Assembly (NCBI GenBank): GCA_048013815.1
Contig: CM106586.1
Location: forward strand, 14,632,001-14,696,000
Reading direction: 5' to 3'
DNA from: Setoptus koraiensis
Taxonomy: Eukaryota > Animalia > Arthropoda
Length of the DNA stretch: 64,000 nucleotides
Every line of letters begins with the position of its first letter. Within the stretch, counting starts at the first letter, position 1. Under the pieces are notes generated by a model, which made no database searches, was not told where the DNA came from, and worked only from the letters and a program-made list of their open reading frames with translations. The position numbers were made by a program, and so were the translations under genes. Below are positions 13,695-36,101 of this stretch, in pieces.

Positions 13695-14963
13695 GAATCG
13701 CAGTGCGAGTCGCGGGGACGCTTGCAGCGAGCGCAGAAAGAGACTAGCTACTTTGGGTTAGTAATGTGTTAGTGAAGTGAGCTAGCGCGCGTGCAATTAA
13801 TGCAATGGGCGAGTGCGCGTGCGCACTCGCAAGCTGCAAACTCGAGTGCCTGCACTGGCAAGGCTAAGCGTTTAAACTGTGTGTGTGTGTGTGTGAGTGT
13901 GTGCTCTTTACTGTGTCTCACCGATTTGCTGTGTGAGCGCACAACTGTAGAGACTGTAGTGAGTGTAGAACTATTTGTCAACACACACACACACACGCAC
14001 AGACGCTGCACTCGCAAAGCTAAAGCTAGCTGTCTGTGCGTTATTGCCCCGCTATCGCTAACAGCAGCAGCGGCCTAGCTGGTGGGGGCAGCGGCGGGGC
14101 TCGAGCCGGGGGCGGCACTGGGCACAGCAATGGGGACAGCATCTGCAGACTGCTGGCTGCTGAGCAGCGGCAGCAGAGTTGTGCTGGCATCGCGATAGCA
14201 GAGTTCGATTCGATTATTATTATTATTACCGTTCTCATTCTATTTTCTATATTGTGTGTGTGTGTGTTGCCATTATACACCATTATGTACCGACATGCCT
14301 GTGCGTCTCTCGTGTGTGTGTCTGTGTGTGTGTGCGTGCGTGTGTGTATCCTATGTAGATAGACCCGCACTCACTCACACGTAGCGTTCAGCAGCGAGAC
14401 ATAGCGAGCGAGAGAGGGCCGATCATTCGATAATCGAATGTAGACGCGAACGTTAGCGCCATCAACAAGTACCGACGCTGCTATTATTACCGTCTCGGCT
14501 ATTATTACACATAAATTAATATACGCAACCCACTAATTGATTTATCCCCATTGTCACACCACATTTATCCGCTGTTATTGTTGCCCGACGGACGCTGGTG
14601 CCTCTCCGACTGACTGATTGACTATCATTATTTTATATTGTTGCAACGACGAAAAATATCGCAAATATCCGCTCACTATTTAAACCACTATTAAAACATG
14701 ATTGCACCCGATAAAATCACGCCACTTAACCACCGGAATCGTCACTGTTGCCGTCACAATCGCCACCACTGACCAACCATCAACTGATCGAACAAATTAA
14801 ATTTATCCCGACCGAAATCGAACCGAAATTGAACCGCACGAACAAACGCCGGACACAAAAAACAAAAACAAAAACGAACGACAACGCAAACGCCGCTGCG
14901 AACGCCCGAAAATTGCTTGTCCATTGGTGCGTCGTTCGTTGGTGTCCGCACAACACCAAATGG

Positions 14964-26598
<11,635 letters not shown>

Positions 26599-27807
26599 AA
26601 ATCACCCAAAATATACTCAGTCATAGCTCAAAGTATTTGATAAAATAGCAAACTGATTGTGATATGAACTATGTCTAATATTACTTTAAGTCAGTTAGAG
26701 CAATGCAATTATGATGATTATCTGTGTGCCTGTTATTCAATCATAGGATTATAACATTTCATAGCAGCGACCAAAATAAGAAAATGTTAATCGATTTCAG
26801 ACCAAGCGCTTTACTTATTATTATAAACAGTTAGTATTGGAAAGCCAAACTCAATTACTGTGACAACAACAATAGTTTAGAAGACCAATGTGATATTTGC
26901 ACAAACTCCTTGATTGTTTATTATTATACTCCCATTATCGTCATTGATATGAACTTCTCAAGATTGCGTTGCCTTGGACACATAATATATTATTAGTTAC
27001 GACGAATAGTTTGGACTAAATAACTAACGATGCTAAGATAGTTCAAGAAGAAAATAATCGAAGATGGTTAGAATATATAGTTTGTTTTGTTTATGCACTT
27101 TATCTGTGTTGATGTTTGATTCACAGCTATGAAGTGTTTATATCCACTGAAATTTCCCCTTTTAAAGAAAGTACTAATATTATTATATATTTGTTATTAG
27201 TATATATAATATTTGCATTATTGTAACTACTATAATATTTATAGATTTAAAAGAAAAAAGTGAACGCATAACATTTGGATGCATAATTAAACTTGAATTT
27301 CTCATAATTGTTGTTAATGAATTTAATTTTTATATCTGGATCACTACCTGGATCAGCTAAAATGCAGTTAGATCAGCTAAAATACAGTTAGATCTTGCTC
27401 CCATTTAGGTGAAACCCAATAGAGAGAGACCCTTCAGAAAGACTCTACGTGAGACTATCACGGCGCGAGAGCGCAGCGGGAGAAGTGTTGCACGCGACAC
27501 TTCTCCCACTGCAAGAAATCTTGTTCGTAAGGTCGCACACACACACACACACACACTGTGTAAGCCTAGCGTAAACACCATGTCCAAGTTGCGATGGTCA
27601 CAGCTGAGCAGGGTGACCACGAAATTCCTTAGCTGAAACGGCGCTTCCGACGGTAAAGTTTGAGCTTGAATTAGCATTATATTTATTTGTACGAACGAAT
27701 ATGATAATATTGTTTACACTGTGCGTCAACTCACAATCATTAACTACACAAAAGTTGGGTAAACTTGTAAATTAGATAGAAGGAGCAAGAATAAGAAACA
27801 ATTTCCA

Positions 27808-28677
27808 ATGGACCTATCTAGCTCAGGCCAGCGCCATGAAGCAAGTCACCGGGCCGGTCCAAATCGGAAGATACCAAAAGACTGGCTTGACTACCCTAAT
27901 TACGGCGAAGTGATTGACAATTGTTTCATTGCCCTCAAGACTCCCTTGGATAGCAATTACACGTCTGTGCCAGAGAAGAATATTTTCACGCCTGAGATGT
28001 TCATAAGTGAAATGCACCAACGCAGAATAAACGTTGGAATGTGGATCAGCCTGGTGGGCACAGACCGATATTACGACAAGTCCATGTTTGCCAGAATGGG
28101 CCAGAATCACATCGGGCACGTTCATTTGCCCTGCCAGGGCCAATCAGTGCCAGACAGAAGAATTATAAGCGCATTCATAAGAACCTGTGATACTTTCTTT
28201 TCGGCCTATCCGGGCAAAATCATAGCGGTGCACTGTACACACGGTCTCAATAGGACGGGCTTCATGATTTGCTCGTATCTGTACGAGCGGCGCGGCTGGC
28301 CCATCGACGGAGCCATAAACGTATTCAACGAGTTGCGTTTTCCAGGAATATACAGGGAGAAATATGTGGAGGAGTTGTTGGCCAAATACAGCAACAAACC
28401 AGACGCCAGCCGCAACAGTCAGGGGCGACATTTGCGGGCACCCGCACAAGCTGCCGTTGGGCGCGCATATCGCGACGACACACGGAAGCGCAACCTGGAC
28501 AAACCCTGGAGAGACCACACGCCCGTCGGACGCGATGCAGAGCACAAGAGGCGCCCGGAAAAGCACGACGGCCGCGAAAAGTACGACGGCCGGGATCGCA
28601 GGTCGCGATCGGGCCGCCACTCTTACAGCAGAGGCAGCCTGCACTCGACCGATTCTAGGTCGCACAATAAACGTTGA
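27808..28677 (+). CDS. DUSP11: DUSP11/PIR-1-like RNA 5'-phosphatase (Cys-phosphatase fold), intronless, 289 aa, R/S/D/G-rich tail
   Basis: Active-site loop IAVHCTHGLNRTG; N-terminal IP..WLDY...G..I...FIALKTPL typical of DUSP11, RNGTT and baculovirus PTP triphosphatase domains. No guanylyltransferase domain follows. Confidence 0.82.
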   Translation: MDLSSSGQRHEASHRAGPNRKIPKDWLDYPNYGEVIDNCFIALKTPLDSNYTSVPEKNIFTPEMFISEMHQRRINVGMWISLVGTDRYYDKSMFARMGQNHIGHVHLPCQGQSVPDRRIISAFIRTCDTFFSAYPGKIIAVHCTHGLNRTGFMICSYLYERRGWPIDGAINVFNELRFPGIYREKYVEELLAKYSNKPDASRNSQGRHLRAPAQAAVGRAYRDDTRKRNLDKPWRDHTPVGRDAEHKRRPEKHDGREKYDGRDRRSRSGRHSYSRGSLHSTDSRSHNKR

Positions 28678-28907
28678 GTTGATCACATTGTCCAACTGTT
28701 GATTCACCGACCATCGTTAGCTTGATCGTCAAGCACGATCCGGACGGACACTTTATCTATTTTGTAACACTATTCACTCACTCAGTGATCTCTCAGAGCG
28801 CAGTTGATTAAGTGCGGACACCCGACACCGCGGCAATCGATACGCCATTAATTACGCCAGCACGCCAATTAAGTGTGAGTGTGTGTGTTTGTGTGTCGGC
28901 TCAACTA

Positions 28908-30365
28908 TCACCAAATGTCGTGGGCAACGTAAGGCCATTTGCGCATCTCAACTGTGCCCTGGACGGGCAGATTCAATTGTAATCGGCCATCTTCACTCGT
29001 GGCGCCCCTCAAGTCCCGGATCATCCGGCAAACCATGGCGGCGGAATACAGCGCCGACACGGGCTTGTCAGTTTGCACGAGATGCTCCAAGAGCCACGGG
29101 TCGCCCATGTTTGTGTCCGATCTGGCCGCTTGAACGATTTTGTTGATAGCGTCATCGAAAGTGAAAGTTCTTTCATCCTTGGCATTTCTGCCTGAACCTA
29201 TGTGCACGCTTCCCTCAACTGTGGGCCGGTCGCTGTTTGGTCCGTACACTTCGCACAGTTTCTCTTTTGTTTGTTCCACAAACTCTTCGAAATCTGCACT
29301 CTTGTTCTTGAAATCACTATCGCTTGCCAAATACTGGCCGAAATTGTCCAGAAATTGTGTCTGTACCGATCTGATGTTTTGTTTCAATCCCGATGTGACC
29401 CCTACAACGCTTTTCATGTTGACTCGAGCGCCCGGCGACACACCGATGGCCACTTGTAACGGGCGCATCATTTGTTTGGGCCAGTGCTTAGTTTCGCTCT
29501 GACGATGGGCACCACTGAAAAGAGAATCTAACACTGTCTTGACGCCCTTATCCGACGCCTGCAATTCCTCCGCGTACCAATTTTCGACCTCTTGATTCAA
29601 TACTTGAATCTGGGCCAACAATGGAGCCTCCAGCTCGTCGGCATAGTAGGGCAATTGACTGTAGGCAATGTCTTCTCTCAATAGCAAACTAAACGCACCC
29701 TTATGCCTGAAGGGTACCAAGCGATCGATGGCTCGACACATGTGCAGTGTTGAATAAAGTAATCCAATGTGTTGGGTGGAAAAGATAACATCGTCCATGA
29801 ATTGCTTGTCAGACACATTCTCCTTTTGTTTCAATTGCAGCAATTTATTGATGGCTTCGTGAAAGTTGAATGTGCCACTCACGCCGGTTTGTTTGTACGG
29901 TGAACACAGCTCCTCTTTAACCGGCGCCATAAATTCAATTAGAGCGCTCGTTTCATCGAGGCCCGATTCGAAATCGAAGTCGGATTCGTATCTGAATTTG
30001 GCGTCGTAAAATTGCCAAAAGTCTCGTATGAATTCGCGCACTGAGGTCGCATTGTTGTGTTGCAAGCCCGCAATATGGCGCGCCACTTTTATCCTGTCCA
30101 CGGGCTCAGAAAAGTCCGCTCCTGTTCCTGCCTGTAGCACTGTCACCATTCGTATGGGCCAATGATATTTTTTACATTGTGCAAACGCGTAGCCAGTCAC
30201 CATGTCGAGATCATCCTCTGATTGATCTTTGTACAATTTCTCCACCTCTCTGTTGATGGCTTTTATTTGGGCCGAAAAACGCGGATGTGTGTGTGCATCG
30301 ACAATCGCAGTGGCCACGACAAACAACACCACGGCTAAACTAACAAAATTGAGGCTCTTCATCAT
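28908..30365 (-). CDS. Secreted orphan-family protein A, two tandem domains, about 485 aa
   Basis: Part of the 535-codon ORF; likely start MMKSLNFVSLAVVLFVVATAIVDA (signal-peptide-like). Both halves align by eye with ORFs 31753-32478 and 35221-35967. Confidence 0.85.
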   Translation of the reverse strand: MMKSLNFVSLAVVLFVVATAIVDAHTHPRFSAQIKAINREVEKLYKDQSEDDLDMVTGYAFAQCKKYHWPIRMVTVLQAGTGADFSEPVDRIKVARHIAGLQHNNATSVREFIRDFWQFYDAKFRYESDFDFESGLDETSALIEFMAPVKEELCSPYKQTGVSGTFNFHEAINKLLQLKQKENVSDKQFMDDVIFSTQHIGLLYSTLHMCRAIDRLVPFRHKGAFSLLLREDIAYSQLPYYADELEAPLLAQIQVLNQEVENWYAEELQASDKGVKTVLDSLFSGAHRQSETKHWPKQMMRPLQVAIGVSPGARVNMKSVVGVTSGLKQNIRSVQTQFLDNFGQYLASDSDFKNKSADFEEFVEQTKEKLCEVYGPNSDRPTVEGSVHIGSGRNAKDERTFTFDDAINKIVQAARSDTNMGDPWLLEHLVQTDKPVSALYSAAMVCRMIRDLRGATSEDGRLQLNLPVQGTVEMRKWPYVAHDIW

Positions 30366-31752
30366 ATTCTGTGTGTTGTATAACTTGTCCATCGCCAGCA
30401 ATTTCAGCTTTGTTTTGTTTCGCAAATTTGCGTATGGTCCCAGCGGCTGCCACTGACGGCTCTCTATTAAATGGCTCTCCTTCGATGCCATTTTTAGATT
30501 TGCTCGACGACGCACTCAAACAACAACATTTGTACCACATATATCAAGGCGAGTGCATGAGTGGCACATCAAATTCTATTTACATCTAAACCTCGGCCTT
30601 TGTTCTGGCATGGAAGCCATAGAGGCCACTTCGGGTTTCAACCAGCTGGCCAGAAGTGGCCTCTATTCATCGCAATATAGGCCGTGCCTTCGAACTGTCT
30701 AGGCCGCAACACTAACACCGGCCATAACAGCAGTCACGATTGGTTCGGAGATTGTTCAGCACAATGTTTGCATAAATCAATTCACGAAATTATGTTGACA
30801 ACGGCGCATGAGGTGTGTTGAAAGCTCGAGGAAGCGTCACATCTTAGTTGTTGGCTCCGATAAAAACTTTAGGCGCGATCCTGTTGCTAGCGACAAAAAA
30901 ACTCCATTTCAGTTTGCGACAGGTTTAATTCGGTCGAAGTGGATACAATCTTATCTATCATTTGGCAAATTATCACATAGATTATCTATGCAGATTATCT
31001 ATGCTATTTATTGAGTACAATTGATTTACAAGACGCTCACTTCGGATTTGTTGCAAACTTCACACTGAGCACTCCAGATAATCTAGTCTGAAACTGTCTC
31101 GGTTTCTTTCAGATTTATGCTGTACCAACGGATGCAGGGTCCTCGCTCTCTCGGAACAGTTTATTTTTATCTGTCTTTTTAAATCATTCTATGCTATTTA
31201 TTTTGGTACATTGTGTGCCTCAAATGCTTGGGGAATGTGGTTGCAGTGATAGTTGTCGCATAAATATCACGTACAATGGACGATGTCTGGATCGACAAAA
31301 GGTGCTCTTTGTGAGAAACTATACGTATGCAGGCAGATTATTTCCGACAGGAAGTGGCATAGAAAATACTGATCGAAAGATTAATATATCGGAGACAGCG
31401 CATATAGAAATAGACTATATATAGTATAGGATAAACAACTAAAATTAACATGATAATGAACCATTATTACCCGCTTATGAAAGTCAAAGTGAAGTATTGG
31501 TGTAAATCAACATCAGATCTGACACAGACAGGAGTTATTTTGTGAAAAGAATGTTTCTAGTAATTTACGTTGTAGATCCCTGCGGCAATTTCAGTTTTTA
31601 TTTTTATTCAGACAACACTTCGCTCGTCCCATCTGAGATGCGATATCCATGACTGATGTTAAGCCATAAGTTTCTTATAAGTGCTCAGAAAATTTTCTGA
31701 TTTATCATGGCGAGAAATTCTTGATATTGATTCCATCGGCTCCGATGGCAAA

Positions 31753-32478
31753 TTAAAAGGCATAGGGCCAATCATTAATATCTGAGCCAACCAATACGAT
31801 ATTCAAATTGACATCTATTATGTCATTGTCAGCTACTCCATCAACTGTAATTCCATCAATGACTTGGCAGATCATCGCAGATGAGTATAGTGATGCAATA
31901 GGTCGATTGAAATTTACAACATGGTAAGCAAACTCCCTGATATCAACATTCTCAATTTTCTTTAGTTCCACAAGCTTATTGATAGCTGCGTGAAAATTAA
32001 AATATTTCCCGCTGTCTGTCCTGTAAGGCTCGCATAAATCCTTTTTTATCTGTTCGACAATTCCATCTAAATTGTCTCCAGACTTGATATTGGTGATGAG
32101 GAATTTTTTAAAATTCTCTAGAAATTCTTTTTCTACAAACGAAGCGCTACGTTTCAATCCGGCGGTTATGCGAGTCACCTTTATCATATCAACTCGGCTT
32201 GATAGAGATACTCCAGTGGCCACTTGTAATACTCTCATCAATTGGCGAGGCAAGTGAGATCTAACGCTCTGTCGATGGGCGTCGTTATTGACGCCAAAAG
32301 TTAGTTTTGAACTGCCTGCCAACTTCGGATCCTCCTTTGTGTACCATTCTTCTATTTCTCGTTCTATCATTCCTATCTGCTCTAAGAAACGTTTCGGCTC
32401 AGAGGCATTTGCAACGGAGCAGACCGCGACAAATGAAATCGTCGCAGCAAAAATAAGAATCACATTGATTGGTCTCAT
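31753..32478 (-). CDS. Secreted orphan-family protein B, 241 aa, single domain
   Basis: Signal-like MRPINVILIFAATISFVAVCSVANA. Shared motifs RF..QI..I.REI..WY, AH.QS...H.P.Q.MR.LQ..TGVS, LC.PY, FNF..AI..L, LYS.AM.C..ID, WPY. Confidence 0.88.
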   Translation of the reverse strand: MRPINVILIFAATISFVAVCSVANASEPKRFLEQIGMIEREIEEWYTKEDPKLAGSSKLTFGVNNDAHRQSVRSHLPRQLMRVLQVATGVSLSSRVDMIKVTRITAGLKRSASFVEKEFLENFKKFLITNIKSGDNLDGIVEQIKKDLCEPYRTDSGKYFNFHAAINKLVELKKIENVDIREFAYHVVNFNRPIASLYSSAMICQVIDGITVDGVADNDIIDVNLNIVLVGSDINDWPYAF

Positions 32479-33926
32479 TTTTCGAGCAGGGCACTATCAA
32501 TTTATCAATTAGTCAGAAATTAACTGTAACTTTTTTTCGTGAATTGTGTTTCTTTTCGGACACGCAAAGGACACAGAGTGCGGAAAACTATTTTCATCTT
32601 TTCTGGCTCACGCCACGCTTTACAATATTTGTGGAGTTTATTTTTAACATATATTCTCCTGACAGTTGATTCGCACATGAAACTCTGGCAACATTCTGGA
32701 TAGTTGTCTCGATCGATTTGTCGAAATGAATCAACTGCTTGATGTATAATAAACTGAACACTTCGCGTGAATATACATACTAGGCTTAGGTTTTTTTCTC
32801 TTAACTTCTTTCTCTTCACAAGTTAATGAACTTGAATTGAGTTCTCCTAAGTTTATTTCCTCTCAACTTGAGAAGTTGCGCGGTATAAGTCCAAACTTGG
32901 CCCGGTATTGTTCCAATTCTGGCGAGATCGATGTGATTTGATTGTCATTCATAAGAGAGATCACACGTAAAGTCCGTGGATGAAAACTAATTCGCAGTTC
33001 TATTTATTCACACTATCGATGTTTCAATTATTCGTGCAGTCACATTCGAGGTATCATGATCTACATCCCTATTGTGCTAGTCTTATCTGTAGCGACATGC
33101 ACTAGGATTGATTTAACCCTCACTCGAGATCCATATGAATTGGTGAATGTATCCGAGATTCTCATAAAAATGGTTACCATCTTCATTCTTGCTGGCATTA
33201 TCGATGTCAATATGTTCTTTAGTTCTATTGCTTGTACTGTCAACGTAAAATTGTCTGTATCTCATTTGTAGTTGCTTGTGAGGATTGGCCGGCATGAAAA
33301 AAGTCGACACAAAGTCTATGAATGCACAAAATCCAATCAAATAAATCATGCCATCCCATCCGATGAAAGTTGTGAGGTATTGCGATAATTGTCAGTCAAT
33401 AGCAGCAATTGTAGATAGAGGATAGCATTATTATTTCATGTTTGCTAACATGGAATCAAAGGCTATCCCATTTCCATCATGTGATGCCTCATTTTATTTG
33501 ACAGGTAAGTAAATAATATATTGATACAATATTAGAACAACCTGTTGTGTCATAAACGATAGATAAACAAACTAGTATCTATATACTGTCACCAGAAAGA
33601 GTTTTTTTCCAGAGAAGAAGGAAAAAGTTTGCGTCATCATTTGCTATAATTGATAGGCAGCGTGAAAAAACTTTGTTTGCATGCATATTTGTCGACATGT
33701 GTCCTGGGTCATTCAAACTATCAACGTCAGAGAAACTTTCAAAGAGCGAAAAACTACGTCTATCAAACAGAATATCGAAGCTTTGTTAGTTGAAATTCCA
33801 CAACAACTCATAAGAGCAAATTACAAAGGGATGAATCTCTGTTTCAGAGAAAGATTTTTATTCACAAGTCACGAGAAGAAGTATTCATAATTAGTGAAGT
33901 GCGATACAATCTAAATAATTATAACC

Positions 33927-34075
33927 ATGATCTTTATGAAACAAATGAGCCTTGTAGTGGCCACCACATCAATAATTTGCATTCTATTGAAACCCAATAC
34001 CGTTAAATCAAGAGAAATAGTAAGTGTATTGCAATAAGATCTGCATGAAGTTGTTAGTCAAATATGATTAGAAAG

Positions 34076-34106
<31 letters not shown>

Positions 34107-34833
34107 TACAAACTATGAAGAAACTTAATGTATATTCTAAATGTGTCATTTTCATTTTGATGTCTTGTAATATCACTAATATGAACCTACTATTCGCATT
34201 CAGGATGCTGCACTCGTTCAACCAATGGCCGATACACTGAAGAGTCTGATAGGTACTATTACTGTTGGCAGTAATTTGGAGATTCATACCAACGTGAATG
34301 AAATGGCAAAGGATCTAATTTCACTAGCATGGCAAACAGGATTTCCAATGAACATTCCGGCGGGAGCCTCGGAAAAAACACAAGCCTTCTATGCAAGAGT
34401 TGTAGAGAGAGCCTATGCTACACCTGTTGATGGGTTACCGAGAAAAACCTTGGATCAGTTGAGGCAAGATATGGACGCTATAATAGACAGTGTTGTAGCT
34501 GAAATCAGGGCAAGTCCCGATGGCATTTATACCGATATGACACAGATAAAAGTTAATGGAGTTCCTATCGAGGATGCCCTAGTTAAAGTTGGCGTACAAC
34601 TGCGAGCATACGGCGTTGATATTTATAATTACAAGAACATTGCGCAAATGGTATTAGGGGTACCGATATTACCAAATGTTGCATCTGCCATGATAGGGGC
34701 CACAAAGATGTTACCCATGACCGCAATAACTGATAATCTTCCATCGATGCCATCAATGCAATCGGCACTGTCATTGAATTTACTAACTAGCAATTTGGCG
34801 TCTAGATTGCCTAGTGTGTCATCAATAATCTAA
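33927..34833 (+). CDS. Secreted orphan protein C, 2 exons, about 240 aa
   Basis: Exon 1 33927-34019 (MIFMKQMSLVVATTSIICILLKPNTVKSREI) ends at GTAAGT. Intron 34020-34203 contains (AT)n and ends CATTCAG. Exon 2 34204-34833 is phase 0 and in frame with ORF 34225-34833. Confidence 0.75.
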
Positions 34834-35148
34834 CGGTCGCTGATACCGTCGCGTAGCGGTATCACAACAGATGATGAACTATAGCAACGATCATTGATCG
34901 ATCATATACAACTGCAAATGGAACGATCTCCATTGAAGCAACAGCGTTGAATGATAATTGTAAAAATAATTTTCTACCAAAAATAAAACCCTAATCAAAT
35001 ATGCTTCTGAAAATGTTACAAAAATAACTCAAAAAAGTTAGAGACACATCAAGCTATGACCAATGACTAGCAAGCCTATGGAGAATACATATCTATGAAT
35101 GGAAAGAATGACTTGATGAACAATTGAAGCTGCACAAGCCTACTGCAC

Positions 35149-35154
35149 TATAAA
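35149..35154 (+). promoter_or_regulatory. TATA box of secreted gene D
   Basis: TATAAA about 70 nt upstream of the ATG at 35221, with an Inr-like ACAGT about 30 nt downstream. Confidence 0.5.
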
Positions 35155-35220
35155 GTGGCGTCTGTTCTTTATTGATAATACAGTATCTTATGCTTCCGTT
35201 AAAAATAAAAAACTAGAGTT

Positions 35221-35967
35221 ATGAAGTTGATCTATGCGTTTGCTGCAGGTTGTGTGGCGATTATTTTTGTGCTGAGCTATGCCTTGGCAGCGATCGAAGA
35301 ACAGGAACGCTTTCAAGCGAAAATAGATATGATTAACCGTGAAGTTGACAAATGGTACAAAAAAGAATCATTTCTGCGGAGGGGTTTTAAAGAGTTGGTC
35401 GGGATTACTGCAAGTGAAGCGCATGAGCAAAGCCAAAGAAACCATTGGCCTAGACAAATGATGAGAGTGTTACAATTGACCACAGGAGTGTCCTCATCTG
35501 CCATGGTTTACAGCCCGAGAGTTATCCGTATTGTTTCAGGTTTGAAGCATAATGATTTTCCGGCTCAACAAGAGTTTCTATCCAATCTACGACAATTCAC
35601 TTTCACGAAGTCATGGCCCGAACATGATGATTCCGAATCAAGTAAAGAAATTTTCATGAAAAGAGTGGAGTTATTGTGCGCGCCTTTCAGACCAGGCAGT
35701 AAGGGATATTTCGATTTCAAAAGTGCGATAGACGAACTGATAGAAGTAAAGAAAACTGAAAATGTCGGGGATGAACGATTCATCGACCATGTGGTTCTCA
35801 CTAATCAATCTATCGGACCCCTCTATACAGCCGCAATGGTTTGTCAAGTAATTGATGCAATCAAGCACAGTGTGATGAAGTCCACTGTTGAATTCAGGCT
35901 GAAAGATTTAGAATTACCGGACGGTAGTAACGACGGAATTGCCAACTGGCCTTACCCCTCATACTGA
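35221..35967 (+). CDS. Secreted orphan-family protein D, 248 aa, single domain
   Basis: Signal-like MKLIYAFAAGCVAIIFVLSYALA; same motif series as A and B, including both cysteines and C-terminal WPY. Confidence 0.88.
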   Translation: MKLIYAFAAGCVAIIFVLSYALAAIEEQERFQAKIDMINREVDKWYKKESFLRRGFKELVGITASEAHEQSQRNHWPRQMMRVLQLTTGVSSSAMVYSPRVIRIVSGLKHNDFPAQQEFLSNLRQFTFTKSWPEHDDSESSKEIFMKRVELLCAPFRPGSKGYFDFKSAIDELIEVKKTENVGDERFIDHVVLTNQSIGPLYTAAMVCQVIDAIKHSVMKSTVEFRLKDLELPDGSNDGIANWPYPSY

Positions 35968-36101
35968 ACCCTCGCTTGCGGGAATCCAACACGAATCTCT
36001 GGGCTGACAATGCAGACAGTTGCATTTGCTTTCTCATTCACAAGTGCAACTGTCAATGGCGCGCTATGGAAGTTCACTGATCATTGTATTTGATACTAGA
36101 T

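Noticed and set aside
313-14400. Dozens of 60-230-aa ORFs rich in poly-T/V/C/L/Q/N
   Set aside because: They are translations of microsatellites or GC-rich DNA open in several frames, with no recognisable domains.
30366-30515. N-terminal 50 codons of the 535-aa ORF
   Set aside because: Hydrophilic extension ahead of a clear signal peptide; paralogs start at the signal peptide, so 30365 is preferred.
33490-33510. TTTGACAG|GTAAGT resembling a recursive splice site
   Set aside because: No large intron context; it may simply end a 5'-UTR exon of gene C.
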